Shown here: piece by piece, positions 52,435-62,570 of the stretch | Numbering within the stretch: the first letter of the stretch is position 1 | How the letters are laid out: every line of letters starts with the position of its first letter | From: an uncultured Bacteroidales bacterium | Lineage (GTDB): Bacteria > Bacteroidota > Bacteroidia > Bacteroidales > UBA7960 | Assembly (NCBI GenBank): GCA_964624065.1 | Contig: CAZUWF010000003.1 | Span: forward strand, 89,471-153,470 | DNA: 64,000 bases | Reading direction: 5' to 3' | Notes under the pieces: generated by a model | Seen by the model: only the letters and a program-made list of their open reading frames with translations | The model's database searches: none | Told to the model about the DNA's origin: nothing | Translations under genes and position numbers: made by a program

Positions 52435-55035
52435 ATGAAAGCACTTAGATTATTATTAATGGTGTTGGCACCAATTTTAGCACAGGGACAATTCTCGGAT
52501 GATTTTAGCGATGGAAATTTTACTCAAAACCCTATGTGGGTGGGCGAAACCGATAAGTTTATGGTCGAAAACCAAATTTTAAGACTTAACGACAACGTAG
52601 CCGGCCAATCTTACCTGGCCACCCAAAGCAGTGTTTCGCTCAACACCCAATGGGATTTTTGGGTTCGTATAGCTTTTACTCCTTCAAATAGCAACCATCC
52701 TCGTATTTATTTGGTCAGCAATCAACAAAACCTCAAGGGCAGCCTAAACGGCTATTACCTGCAAATTGGCAGGGACGGAACCGACAACAAACGAATATAC
52801 CTGGTTAGACAGGATGGAACCAACCATATTGAATTATTGAGGGGTGCACAAAATCTTGCTTCGGCCTCCAATAACTTGATTAGGATTAGAGTAACCCGAA
52901 CCCAAGAAGGCAGATGGGATGTGCTGGCCGATGGAACAGGCGGAGTATTTTTTTCGTCGCAAGGAACGGTAACGGACTTGACCCACACAACCACCTCTTG
53001 GTTTGGTGCGGTTTGCACATATACGGTTTCCAATGCCAACAGGTTTTACTTCGACGATTTGGTTGTTGGGCCAATTATTGTTGACACAACTCCACCAAAG
53101 GTCCAGGCAGTGGAATTGGTTAACCCAACGACCCTCAACATTGTTTTTGACGAGCCTGTCAGCACTCAGTTGGCGCAAAATCCTGCCAATTACACCGTAA
53201 ACAAGAGTGTGGGACACCCCGTTTCGGCCACTCAACTGCCCATCACGCCCCATATTGTTACCTTGGTTTTCGGGCAGAATTTTGCCGAAAACGTGATTTA
53301 CGAAATAGATGTAAAAAACATCCAAGACCTTGCTGGAAACCCCATGCACAATTACAAGGGTACCTTTGTAAATTATGTTGTTCAAATGCATAGCGTGGTT
53401 TTCAATGAGTTAATGGTGAGGCCTTCGCCGGTGGTAGGCCTTCCTGCAAATGAATTCATTGAGCTTTTCAATACCTCCGAATTCCCCATAAATCTTACTG
53501 GCTGGATTTTTCAGCACGGAAGCACACGTCGCACCATTCCTGGAGGCATTATCGAGCCCTTTGGCTACGTGCTGCTTTCTACTGTGGGTGCTGCCCCTTC
53601 GTTGCTACAGTACGGTAACGTAATCGGTGTGCCAGGCCTCTCGGCTACGGCCCTTACCGACGGCGGGACCAGCCTTTTGCTTTTAAGCCAAACCGAGAAG
53701 TTGATTTCTTTCGCAAACTACACCGACCAATGGTACAGAAACCCAGCAAAGGGCAATGGTGGATGGTCGCTCGAAAAAATTGATCCATTCAACTTTTGCG
53801 GAGCTTCTGAAAACTGGAACGCGAGCATAGACCCAAGAGGTGGAACTCCCGGTCAGCAAAATTCCGTGAAGGCTAACAATCTCGACCAGACCCCGCCGGA
53901 GCTTGCAAGAATTGGTTTTGAAAATACCATTACCATTACCCTTCATTTTTCAGAATCGATGAACCCTGACAGGCTACTGTCTTTGGCGGGTCAAAATTTA
54001 GGTGCGGGAGCAGTTACCGCAGTGGTTCCGATGCTGCCTGATTTTAGAAGGGCACTCCTCACCTTGGCAACACCCCTTGTTGCAAATCAAACTTTCGAAA
54101 TTACCCTTCCTCCAACCCTGACTGACTGCGCCGGAAACGCCATTTCGCGACGTACCGGAAAAGTGGCAATTCCCCAACCCGCAGGGGCTTTTGATGTGGT
54201 AATCAACGAGGTGCTTTTCAACCCGCCAAGTGGAGGCAGCAGGTACGTTGAAATCTACAATCGCTCAAACAAAGTAATTGAGCTAAAGGACCACACGATT
54301 AGTTCCAAAGACACAATAACCGGTTTTTTGACCAGCATTAGGGAAATAACCGCCGCAAGCTTTTTGTTTTTCCCGGGCGATTACGTTGTGCTTACCGAAA
54401 GTCCAAGTGCCGTGCAAAAGACCTACCTGACCAGCAATTCAAATGGGTTCATTCAACTGGCCACAGCACCTTCAATGACCAACACCAGCGGAATACTTGT
54501 TTTAGCAAACAAAAGCTTGGTAGAGATTGATCTGTTCGCGTATCACGAAAGTATGCAATTTGCACTTCTTGCTTCAACAAAAGGAGTTGCACTCGAAAGG
54601 ATCAACTACCACCGTCCAACCCAAGACCGATCTAACTGGCACTCTGCTGCCCAAGGGTCTGGCTTTGGAACACCCGGATTCAAAAACTCGCAATACAGTA
54701 ACCTTACCATTCCCGTGGTAGGCGAGATCGAAGTTTACCCCGAAGTTTTCTCGCCCGATGGCGATGGGGTGGACGATTTCCTAACCATTTCATACAAACT
54801 TGAGAACTCTGGTTACGTAGCAACGGTGAGAGTATTTGATAGCCGCGGCCGACTTATCAAAAACTTGGTTAAGGCCGAGCTTCTGGGTATGGAAGGTGGA
54901 TTTACATGGGATGGCACAACCGACAATAATCTTAAAGCTACTATTGGAATATACATGATGTTGGTTGAAATAACTGGCATTGATGGCTCGGTAGTCCGTC
55001 ACAGGAAAACCGCGGTGCTTGGAGGAAGGTTTTGA
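52435..55035 (+). CDS. Large secreted protein with two lamin-tail (LTD) domains, Ig-like repeats and a type-B-like C-terminal domain
   Basis: Signal peptide. LTD-like segments VVFNELMVRPSP..NEFIELFNTSEFPINLTGW and VVINEVLFNPPSGGSRYVEIYNRS. C-terminus YPEVFSPDGDGVDDFLTISY..VRVFDSRGRLIK..WDG. Confidence 0.7.
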   Translation: MKALRLLLMVLAPILAQGQFSDDFSDGNFTQNPMWVGETDKFMVENQILRLNDNVAGQSYLATQSSVSLNTQWDFWVRIAFTPSNSNHPRIYLVSNQQNLKGSLNGYYLQIGRDGTDNKRIYLVRQDGTNHIELLRGAQNLASASNNLIRIRVTRTQEGRWDVLADGTGGVFFSSQGTVTDLTHTTTSWFGAVCTYTVSNANRFYFDDLVVGPIIVDTTPPKVQAVELVNPTTLNIVFDEPVSTQLAQNPANYTVNKSVGHPVSATQLPITPHIVTLVFGQNFAENVIYEIDVKNIQDLAGNPMHNYKGTFVNYVVQMHSVVFNELMVRPSPVVGLPANEFIELFNTSEFPINLTGWIFQHGSTRRTIPGGIIEPFGYVLLSTVGAAPSLLQYGNVIGVPGLSATALTDGGTSLLLLSQTEKLISFANYTDQWYRNPAKGNGGWSLEKIDPFNFCGASENWNASIDPRGGTPGQQNSVKANNLDQTPPELARIGFENTITITLHFSESMNPDRLLSLAGQNLGAGAVTAVVPMLPDFRRALLTLATPLVANQTFEITLPPTLTDCAGNAISRRTGKVAIPQPAGAFDVVINEVLFNPPSGGSRYVEIYNRSNKVIELKDHTISSKDTITGFLTSIREITAASFLFFPGDYVVLTESPSAVQKTYLTSNSNGFIQLATAPSMTNTSGILVLANKSLVEIDLFAYHESMQFALLASTKGVALERINYHRPTQDRSNWHSAAQGSGFGTPGFKNSQYSNLTIPVVGEIEVYPEVFSPDGDGVDDFLTISYKLENSGYVATVRVFDSRGRLIKNLVKAELLGMEGGFTWDGTTDNNLKATIGIYMMLVEITGIDGSVVRHRKTAVLGGRF

Positions 55036-55128
55036 TCGAATTGGGTATTTGAGGTATTTGGGATTGAACATATCAAGTGCCGGGCTTCTGATTCTTTTGC
55101 AAGTCAACAATATTCAAAAGCTTAAAAA

Positions 55129-57462
55129 ATGAAAACAATTTTGACAACCTTGATTGTTATTGCACCCCTCGTGCAATTTGCCCAAAAACTTCCTCCGGAA
55201 ATGTACTATTCTGCCGATGGAAAGATTATCCATACTGGAGGGATTGTGCAAACCGAAGGCTTTTATAACAAAAATGAAATAAAAACAGTACATTTAGCAT
55301 TCAGCCAACCCAATTTTTGGACCCTCCTCACAAACAACTACGCCTCGGAGACCTTGCTGGAAGCAACACTGGTTTATGACGGGATAACCTATCCGGGTGT
55401 TGGAGTGAGGTTTAGGGGAAACACGTCATACACACAAATTGGGAGCTCGCAAAAAAAGTCGTTTGCCATAGAAACCGATCTTGTTTCTCCCGACCAAAAA
55501 ATACTGGGTTATAATGATTTAAAATTTAACAATGCCCATTTAGATGCCACATTTATGCGTGAGGTTTTATATGCAAGGATGGCGTCTAAATATATGCCAA
55601 TTGCAAAAGGAAACTACATCCGATTATTCATTAACAACGAAGACTGGGGAATTTATCCAAACATTCAGGCAATTGACAAGTCGTTTCTTAGGGAATGGTT
55701 TTTGAGCAATGATGGTGCTAGATTTCGAGCAACCGTTGATGGTACTTCCGGACCTACCCAGTGGGGCGACGGTACTGCGGCCATGAATTACCTTGGCCCC
55801 AACATTGCAACCTATCAACTGTATTATTCGCTTAAATCCAACGATATAGTCATAGACCCTTGGCAAATGTTAATAAACGCCTGCTACGCCCTATCGGTTG
55901 CCAACGCCAATGAACTAACCGCATTGAAAGAAAAAATCGATGTGGATAAGGCGCTATGGTTTCTGGCCTGCGAAAATATTTTTACCGATGAGGACGGGTA
56001 CGTAATGAAGGGAAAAATGGACTATATGATTTACTACGAACCCGAGACAGGCAGAACAACGCCTTTGGAGTACGATGGTAATTCAACCTTTGTTGTAAAC
56101 CTAGCCACTAGTCCAACCTGGGGGCCTTTTAAAAATGTTTCGAACGTAAATTACCCTCTTTTAAATAAGTTGATCAACATTCCCGAACTAAGGCAACGTT
56201 ATTTGGCGCATTATAGAACTATTCTAAATGAAACCTTTACGACGGCCAACGCCAATTCGTTGATAGATGAGCTAAACTCACAAATATCTTCTTTGGTGGC
56301 CTCGGATCCCAAAAAACTTTATTCCACAACAGCCTACATTCAAGGAATACCTACACTAAAAAATTTTGTAACCAATAGAAGAAACTACTTGATGGCAAAT
56401 TCAGAAGTTGCTCAAGTTGGGCCGACCATTTCATCTGCAAAGTTTTACAATGCCGCAAATCAAGAGAATGAGGCGCCGCTGGCCAACCAAATATGTCACA
56501 TCAAAACCGCCGTAGCATCATCCTCAGGAATTTACAAGGTCTATTTGTATTTCGGAAAAGGTTTGGTTGGCAATTTTACAAGGGTGGAAATGTTTGATAA
56601 CGGAAACCACAACGATGGTATTTCGGGAGACGGTGTTTTTGGGGCTTCGATCCCCGGTTTCCCTGCGGGCACTCTGGTTCGTTTTTACGTAGAGGCAATC
56701 TCAAACAACACTGCCAAGTCCGCATCATACCTGCCTCAAGGGGCCGAACATGACATTTTTGTATATCGAGTAGCCACTGTAAACTCTTCATTAGGAGTTG
56801 TGATAAACGAACTTGTTGCACAAAACACAAATGGTACAAAAGACGAAGCCGGTGATTTCGAGGACTGGATTGAGCTATACAATTTGAATGAATATCCTGT
56901 TAATCTAGGGGGGTTTTACCTTAGTGACAACATGAATAACCTTACAAAGTGGCAGTTTCCGCCCGGGTCGGTAATACCGGCAAAGGGATTTATGATCATT
57001 TGGGCTGATGAGGAACCCAACGAAGGGCCTTTACACGCCTCCTTCAAACTTGCAGTTGGTGGAGAGTCAGTAACGTTATCCGGTCCTGACCAAGGTCTTG
57101 TTGACCAAGTAATCTTTGGGCAGCAACAAACCAATATGGGTTACGCAAGAGTACCCAATGGTACCGGAAATTTTGTAATCCAACCCCCAACTTTTAACGC
57201 CAACAATTCCCCAACAACAACAGTAAAGCCTTTGCCGGTTAGAGATTTTATCATTTTTCCTAACCCCGCCAAACAAGAGGTCAGGTTTTCTTTCCCGCAA
57301 GATTTACAAAACGAAGAAATGCTCATATTCAATCCTTTAGGGCAATTGGTTTATAGCAATATTTCCAAAGAAGGAATGACAATAAACGTGGGCAACCTTG
57401 CACCTGGTATTCATGTAGTTCGAGTGAAAAACATAATGAAAAAATTGGTGGTGCCAAGGTAA
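55129..57462 (+). CDS. CotH kinase-family protein with a lamin-tail domain and a T9SS type-A C-terminal sorting domain
   Basis: CotH-like core (YPGVGVRFRGNTSY..KKSFAIE.., FLACENIFTDEDGY). LTD segment VVINELVAQNTNG..EDWIELYNLNEYPVNLGGFYLSD. C-terminus IIFPNPAKQEVRFSF..GIHVVRVKN..KLVV. Confidence 0.75.
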   Translation: MKTILTTLIVIAPLVQFAQKLPPEMYYSADGKIIHTGGIVQTEGFYNKNEIKTVHLAFSQPNFWTLLTNNYASETLLEATLVYDGITYPGVGVRFRGNTSYTQIGSSQKKSFAIETDLVSPDQKILGYNDLKFNNAHLDATFMREVLYARMASKYMPIAKGNYIRLFINNEDWGIYPNIQAIDKSFLREWFLSNDGARFRATVDGTSGPTQWGDGTAAMNYLGPNIATYQLYYSLKSNDIVIDPWQMLINACYALSVANANELTALKEKIDVDKALWFLACENIFTDEDGYVMKGKMDYMIYYEPETGRTTPLEYDGNSTFVVNLATSPTWGPFKNVSNVNYPLLNKLINIPELRQRYLAHYRTILNETFTTANANSLIDELNSQISSLVASDPKKLYSTTAYIQGIPTLKNFVTNRRNYLMANSEVAQVGPTISSAKFYNAANQENEAPLANQICHIKTAVASSSGIYKVYLYFGKGLVGNFTRVEMFDNGNHNDGISGDGVFGASIPGFPAGTLVRFYVEAISNNTAKSASYLPQGAEHDIFVYRVATVNSSLGVVINELVAQNTNGTKDEAGDFEDWIELYNLNEYPVNLGGFYLSDNMNNLTKWQFPPGSVIPAKGFMIIWADEEPNEGPLHASFKLAVGGESVTLSGPDQGLVDQVIFGQQQTNMGYARVPNGTGNFVIQPPTFNANNSPTTTVKPLPVRDFIIFPNPAKQEVRFSFPQDLQNEEMLIFNPLGQLVYSNISKEGMTINVGNLAPGIHVVRVKNIMKKLVVPR

Positions 57463-58078
57463 CGTAATAAACGAAGTTACCTATAAGTTCGCTTTGTTTT
57501 TGTGGTTTGCCCTGCGCTATGGTAATGCCGGACCTTTAGTCTCGACCCGAAGAAAAATTTTAGCTCAGGTTTATGGTTTTAGCTTAATCCTTACCACAAT
57601 TGAGGGAATGACCGTTTCTACTAATTCGGGGTGCAAGCAAAGCGACTCATCGGATTTGGCCAAAGTCATTGTACCAATTTGGGTTAGGAGTTTAACAAGG
57701 ATCGCCGCACAAGAGGTTGTATTCTTGTGTTTTCAAAGCCAAACATTGTCAGATGTTTCGCTGACAGCTTGCGAGCAAGCAAATTTCGAGCGATACCGAC
57801 CAACTAAACTTAAGCTCGCCATGTATGGCTCACAAGGGACCATTAAGCTTGCAGGTCCATAGGAACCTTGGTGAAAAGAAGCAAAGATCCTTAAGGATTT
57901 ATTCGGTAAGCCCAAAATGGGAAGTAGTTTTAATGCAAATGGTTTCGTTTGGTATTTCACCATTTTCGACACCTATAATGTCGAGAGAAGTTTTTCAGCA
58001 CCTGTAAATGTGGAGGGAAATGGCACTGGTCAGTAAAAAAAATTAGAAGCAATTGATTCTGTTTGGGCATTAGGGCGG

Positions 58079-59179
58079 CTACACCTCCTTGCAACCTGCC
58101 TTTAACCACAAACCCATAAAATCGACCAAATCTTTCCTGGATGCCGATTTGCCGTGGCGTACGTAGTAGCCCGAAGAACAAACACCAACAGCCAGGCATT
58201 GTGCAGGAGACAACCCCCCAATCCAAGCATTACAAAAACCAGCGTTGAAGTTATCGCCGGCTCCGGTGGTCAGTTTTGGCTTGGCAGCGAAAGGTCCGTC
58301 GATCCACTCCGACTCGTTGGCGTGAGAAACGGCCGCACCTTTAACAGGATGAATAACCACGGCCTCAATTTTCATTTCCTGCCTAATTAGGTCGGCACGC
58401 TTAACTACATCGTCTTCATTAATGCCAAGGGCAAGGCTTATTAGTGCTGACTCGCTCAGGTTCATACTAAGAACCGATTTGCAAGGCAGGCCTGAAATAA
58501 GCCTCAACACCTCTATAACGTCCTCGGTTGTTCTTTTCTTGGGGTCGGCAAGGTCAATGAAAACACGAGGCTTGATTTTGAGCCCCTTCATTATTTTGCC
58601 AAATTCAATCAAAATAGAATTAAGATTCGAAAGCATTGTCCAATTGGTAAATGCAACCAAACTCACCTCCCCCAAAAGAATCTCAAGCTCTTTCAAAGAA
58701 ATCTTTTCAAGCAATTTTTGGAAGCTTACCTCGGCAAGATCAATCTTGCCAAGCATAATTTTGCCATCCAAAAACTCTAGAGCATCGGTGTGCCCGGGAT
58801 TGGCAACGCTGATTACATTTTTGCATTTTTCAACAAACTCGTTAAAGACAGGATGAATTGTTTTCTTTCCAAGGGCACCCATGTAGGTTACCTCGAAACC
58901 TTGCGCTATTAGGGCATTTGCCATAATGGGTCCGTTTCCGCCAAGCTTTACCTGAGTGGGGACAAGCTCAATGTTGGCACTTAACCCAGCTGCCGAGGCA
59001 ATGCGCTCGCTAAACCCTTTAATAGTTTCGATTCTTTGGTATTCATCAGGGCCATTACGAGTAGCAACAACGTGAATAATCTCGTCAACGAACCCATCGA
59101 ATCCAACCAGCAAGTGGCGGCTCTCATTCCATTTTTCCATTTCGGCCATTGCCGATTTTACTATTGCAAGTTGTTTCAT
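58079..59179 (-). CDS. Ribokinase-superfamily (PfkB / ADP-dependent-kinase-like) sugar kinase
   Basis: KLGGNGPIMANAL near the N-terminus and TTGAGDNFNAGF near the C-terminus (anion hole/catalytic Asp motif). Confidence 0.7.
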   Translation of the reverse strand: MKQLAIVKSAMAEMEKWNESRHLLVGFDGFVDEIIHVVATRNGPDEYQRIETIKGFSERIASAAGLSANIELVPTQVKLGGNGPIMANALIAQGFEVTYMGALGKKTIHPVFNEFVEKCKNVISVANPGHTDALEFLDGKIMLGKIDLAEVSFQKLLEKISLKELEILLGEVSLVAFTNWTMLSNLNSILIEFGKIMKGLKIKPRVFIDLADPKKRTTEDVIEVLRLISGLPCKSVLSMNLSESALISLALGINEDDVVKRADLIRQEMKIEAVVIHPVKGAAVSHANESEWIDGPFAAKPKLTTGAGDNFNAGFCNAWIGGLSPAQCLAVGVCSSGYYVRHGKSASRKDLVDFMGLWLKAGCKEV

Positions 59180-59449
59180 AACCTAATCAATTTTTTTCGA
59201 ACCTACTTTTGGGGCCCAAATCAGATAAAAACAAATAAATATTGAGAGTATTGAAAACCATCAGAATGTTTCTGGACGTGTTCGTTAGGCGCCCCAGTTA
59301 AAGAACTGCAGCTCAAAGTTTTCAAAAGGTAAACAATAACCCTCAAAAGGCAACCAATTGCCACTAGGGCCCCATCATCAGTACAAGGCCATTTCTTTCA
59401 AATCGAAAATAGCAAAAAGGTAATTCCAAAGCCATAATCCCCTTGGCTT

Positions 59450-60943
59450 TTACCTTCCATATAGTTTTGTTAGTTTTAACAACTTCTTGACATGTCGGCT
59501 TTTTAGGTCATCTTTTTTGAACCGCCACATCCAGTTCCCGGCGGCCTTGCCAGGGAAATTCATCCTTGCCTCACTCCCAAGTCTCAACAAATCTTGAAGC
59601 GGGGCAATGGCCACATTCGCCACTGAGCTCCAGGCAAGCTTAACAAACGACCAGGCAGGGTCTTTGGTGTCAAGGTCGAAGTACTCTTTCATAAGCTTTC
59701 GGTCTGATGGTCGTACCGACCCATATTGGCCAAGGGTGGTGTCATTGTCGTGGGTGCCAGTGTAAACCACACAGTTTTTTACGAAATTGTGGGGCATAAA
59801 GTCGTTTTCCTCGCCCGAATCGAAGGCAAACTGAAGAATTTTCATACCGGGTAGGTTGAAGCCATCTCGAAGTTCTTCAACGTCGGGTGTAATAACCCCC
59901 AAGTCCTCGGCTATTATGGGTACATCTCCTAGTCCGCTGATAATTGCTTGCATTAGCTCCCTGCCTGGAGCGGCAATCCACCGGCCGTTTATTGCGGTTT
60001 CTTCGCCAAAAGGCACGGCCCAAAATGCCGCCAGTCCCCTAAAGTGATCAATTCTGATAATGTCGTAAAGAATCAGGTTGGCCTTTACCCTTTCGACCCA
60101 CCAGGCAAATCCATCTTGCTTGTGAACGTCCCATTTGTAAATGGGGTTGCCCCAAAGTTGACCCGTAACGCTGAAGTAATCAGGTGGAACGCCGGCAACC
60201 GTTATGGGGTTTAGGTCCTGGTTGTAGTCAAACAGTTGCGTGTTGGCCCAAGCATCGGAGCTGTCGGCGGCAACGTAAAGGGGAATGTCGCCTATTATGC
60301 TTATTCCCTTGTCATTGGCGTACTTTTTTAGTGCCTGCCATTGGGCAAAGAAAGCGTACTGAACGAAATAATAGAACATAATTTGGTCGTGGAGTTGTTG
60401 CCTGTAATTTAGCATTGCATCCATTTTACGGGTCTTTATATCATAGCTCCACTGCGCCCAGGATTTGCCTCCAAAATGATCTTTCAAGGCCATAAAAAAG
60501 GCGTAATCATCAAGCCAGAACTTGCTTTCCCAAACAAACCTGTTGTATTCCTCCTTGATTTTTTGATCATGGTTCTGTGTAAATAGCCTGAAGGCTTCAC
60601 GGAGTATTGGGTACTTGCATGTAAACATCCTGCCAAAGTCAACTTTATCGTGGTCAAAGTGTTTTTTTTTTTTTGCAGGAAAGTGCGATTTATTGAGGAG
60701 CCCGTTCTTGGCCAAAAGGTCAAGATCAATTAAAAGAGGGTTTCCGGCGAAAGCCGAAAAGCACTGGTAGGGCGAATCGCCGTAACCGGTGTGCCCAAGT
60801 GGAAGTATTTGCCAAATTTTTTGTCCTGCCTTTTCAAGAAAATCGACAAAAGCGTAGGCCTCCTTGCCCATAGTACCAATCCCGTATTTCCCCGGCAGGG
60901 ATGTAATGTGCAGCAACAAGCCGCTCGAACGTTTATTTTTCAT
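59450..60943 (-). CDS. malQ: 4-alpha-glucanotransferase (amylomaltase, GH77)
   Basis: SSGLLLHITSLPGKYGIGTMG..AYAFVDFL..WQILPLGHTGYGDSPYQCFSAFAGNPLLIDL, IRIDHFRG, GDVPIIAEDLG and YTGTHDNDT. Confidence 0.93.
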   Translation of the reverse strand: MKNKRSSGLLLHITSLPGKYGIGTMGKEAYAFVDFLEKAGQKIWQILPLGHTGYGDSPYQCFSAFAGNPLLIDLDLLAKNGLLNKSHFPAKKKKHFDHDKVDFGRMFTCKYPILREAFRLFTQNHDQKIKEEYNRFVWESKFWLDDYAFFMALKDHFGGKSWAQWSYDIKTRKMDAMLNYRQQLHDQIMFYYFVQYAFFAQWQALKKYANDKGISIIGDIPLYVAADSSDAWANTQLFDYNQDLNPITVAGVPPDYFSVTGQLWGNPIYKWDVHKQDGFAWWVERVKANLILYDIIRIDHFRGLAAFWAVPFGEETAINGRWIAAPGRELMQAIISGLGDVPIIAEDLGVITPDVEELRDGFNLPGMKILQFAFDSGEENDFMPHNFVKNCVVYTGTHDNDTTLGQYGSVRPSDRKLMKEYFDLDTKDPAWSFVKLAWSSVANVAIAPLQDLLRLGSEARMNFPGKAAGNWMWRFKKDDLKSRHVKKLLKLTKLYGR

Positions 60944-60979
60944 ATTTTATAATTCTAATCAGAGTGCTTTTGAGATTAT

Positions 60980-62518
60980 TTAGGACAATGCCTTTTTGAT
61001 AATTTCCTCGTCCTTATCGTCAACAAATAACACGGTTATTGCCGAAACGAACATTGAAAAACCACCGAGTACCAGGGCGTAAATTGGCTTTCCGCCAGCA
61101 ATTGTAGTAACAAAAAGCCCAAGAATGCTGGCTGCGAGTATTTGTGGAATAACTATGAAGAAATTGAAGATTCCCATGTAGGTGCCCATTTTGTGTGCCG
61201 GCAAGGAGCTTGTTAGCATGGCGTATGGCATAGAAAGGATGCTTGCCCAGGCAACCCCCACGCCAAACATTGATATAATCAATAGGTGGGGATTCTTGAA
61301 AAAGTAAATGGAAATCAGCCCCAGTCCGCCCAAAAACAAAGCTCCCATATGCGTTATTCGCCTGTTGGTAAGTTTTGCAAAAACAGGTAGAAGGAATGCA
61401 ACCAATGCCGCGAAGCCATTATAAGACGCAAACATAACCCCGACCCAGTCGGCTCCTTGGTTGTACAATTCGGATGTAGTGTCGTTGGTACCGTAGACGT
61501 GAGATGTTATGGAAGAGGTTGTGTAAATCCACATTGAGAAAAGGGCGAACCAAGAAAAAAACTGAACCACCGCAAGTTGGGCCATGGTTTTGGGCATTTT
61601 GAAAAGGTCATTGACCACAATAACGAATCCATTTTCCGTCTTGTTTGACCTAACAAAATGGCCAACAAAATACTGGATTAATCCAAAAACGAGAAACCCA
61701 CCAGACAAAATGTATAACTCCCCTTTCAATTTTAAATAATATATGGCAAGAGAGCCCAATAGGCCTAAGAGGGTCCAAATGGGTGCAAATTTTAAAAAAC
61801 GACCTGAGGGAAGGATCTTGTCACTCCTTCTTGAGTCTTCGGCCTTTTGGTTCGATTCAAGTTTTTCGAACTCGGCAAGTTGTTCTGGTGTGTATTCTTT
61901 GGTTCGAAAAACGGTCCAAGCCACAGAGCAGAAAAAGACCACAGCACCAATGTAGAACGAGAACCGGACCGAAGGTGGTATGCTCTGGCCAACCTCAACG
62001 TTAGCAACGTTAGAAATTCCCAACCAATTTGACATTATGTAAGGCAAGGCACTGGCAACCACCGCACCAACACCTATAAAGAAGCTTTGCATCGCAAAAC
62101 CCGAGGTTCTCTGCTCAGGGGGCAGCATGTCCCCAACAAAAGCCCGAAAAGGCTCCATCGAAATGTTGATGCTTGCATCCAGAATCCAAAGCATCCCCAC
62201 GGCAACCCATAACATGGGGCTGTTGGGCATTATCAAAAGGCATATTGATGCTAATATTGCCCCAACCAAAAAGTATGGCCGGCGGCGCCCAAACCTAGTC
62301 CATGTATTATCGCTTAGGTACCCTATAATGGGTTGAACGATGAGCCCTGTAAGTGGTGCAGCAAGCCAATAAAATGCCAGGTTGCCAACATCAGCACCCA
62401 AGCTTTCAAAAATCCGGCTAACATTTGCATTTTGCAGAGCAAAGCCAAACTGAATTCCCAAAAATCCGAAACTCATATTCCAGATTTGCCAAAAGCTTAA
62501 CCGCGGTCTTTGTTTCAT
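60980..62518 (-). CDS. MFS/GPH-type sugar transporter (SLC45-like; putative maltose/maltodextrin uptake)
   Basis: About 12 TM segments. N-terminal SDNTWTRFGRRRPY (GPH/SLC45-type RxGRR motif). It is adjacent to malQ. Confidence 0.75.
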   Translation of the reverse strand: MKQRPRLSFWQIWNMSFGFLGIQFGFALQNANVSRIFESLGADVGNLAFYWLAAPLTGLIVQPIIGYLSDNTWTRFGRRRPYFLVGAILASICLLIMPNSPMLWVAVGMLWILDASINISMEPFRAFVGDMLPPEQRTSGFAMQSFFIGVGAVVASALPYIMSNWLGISNVANVEVGQSIPPSVRFSFYIGAVVFFCSVAWTVFRTKEYTPEQLAEFEKLESNQKAEDSRRSDKILPSGRFLKFAPIWTLLGLLGSLAIYYLKLKGELYILSGGFLVFGLIQYFVGHFVRSNKTENGFVIVVNDLFKMPKTMAQLAVVQFFSWFALFSMWIYTTSSITSHVYGTNDTTSELYNQGADWVGVMFASYNGFAALVAFLLPVFAKLTNRRITHMGALFLGGLGLISIYFFKNPHLLIISMFGVGVAWASILSMPYAMLTSSLPAHKMGTYMGIFNFFIVIPQILAASILGLFVTTIAGGKPIYALVLGGFSMFVSAITVLFVDDKDEEIIKKALS

Positions 62519-62570
62519 AAAAATTGGTCTTTAATGAATATGTCAAGAATGATTTCTGAAGGTTGCGTTT

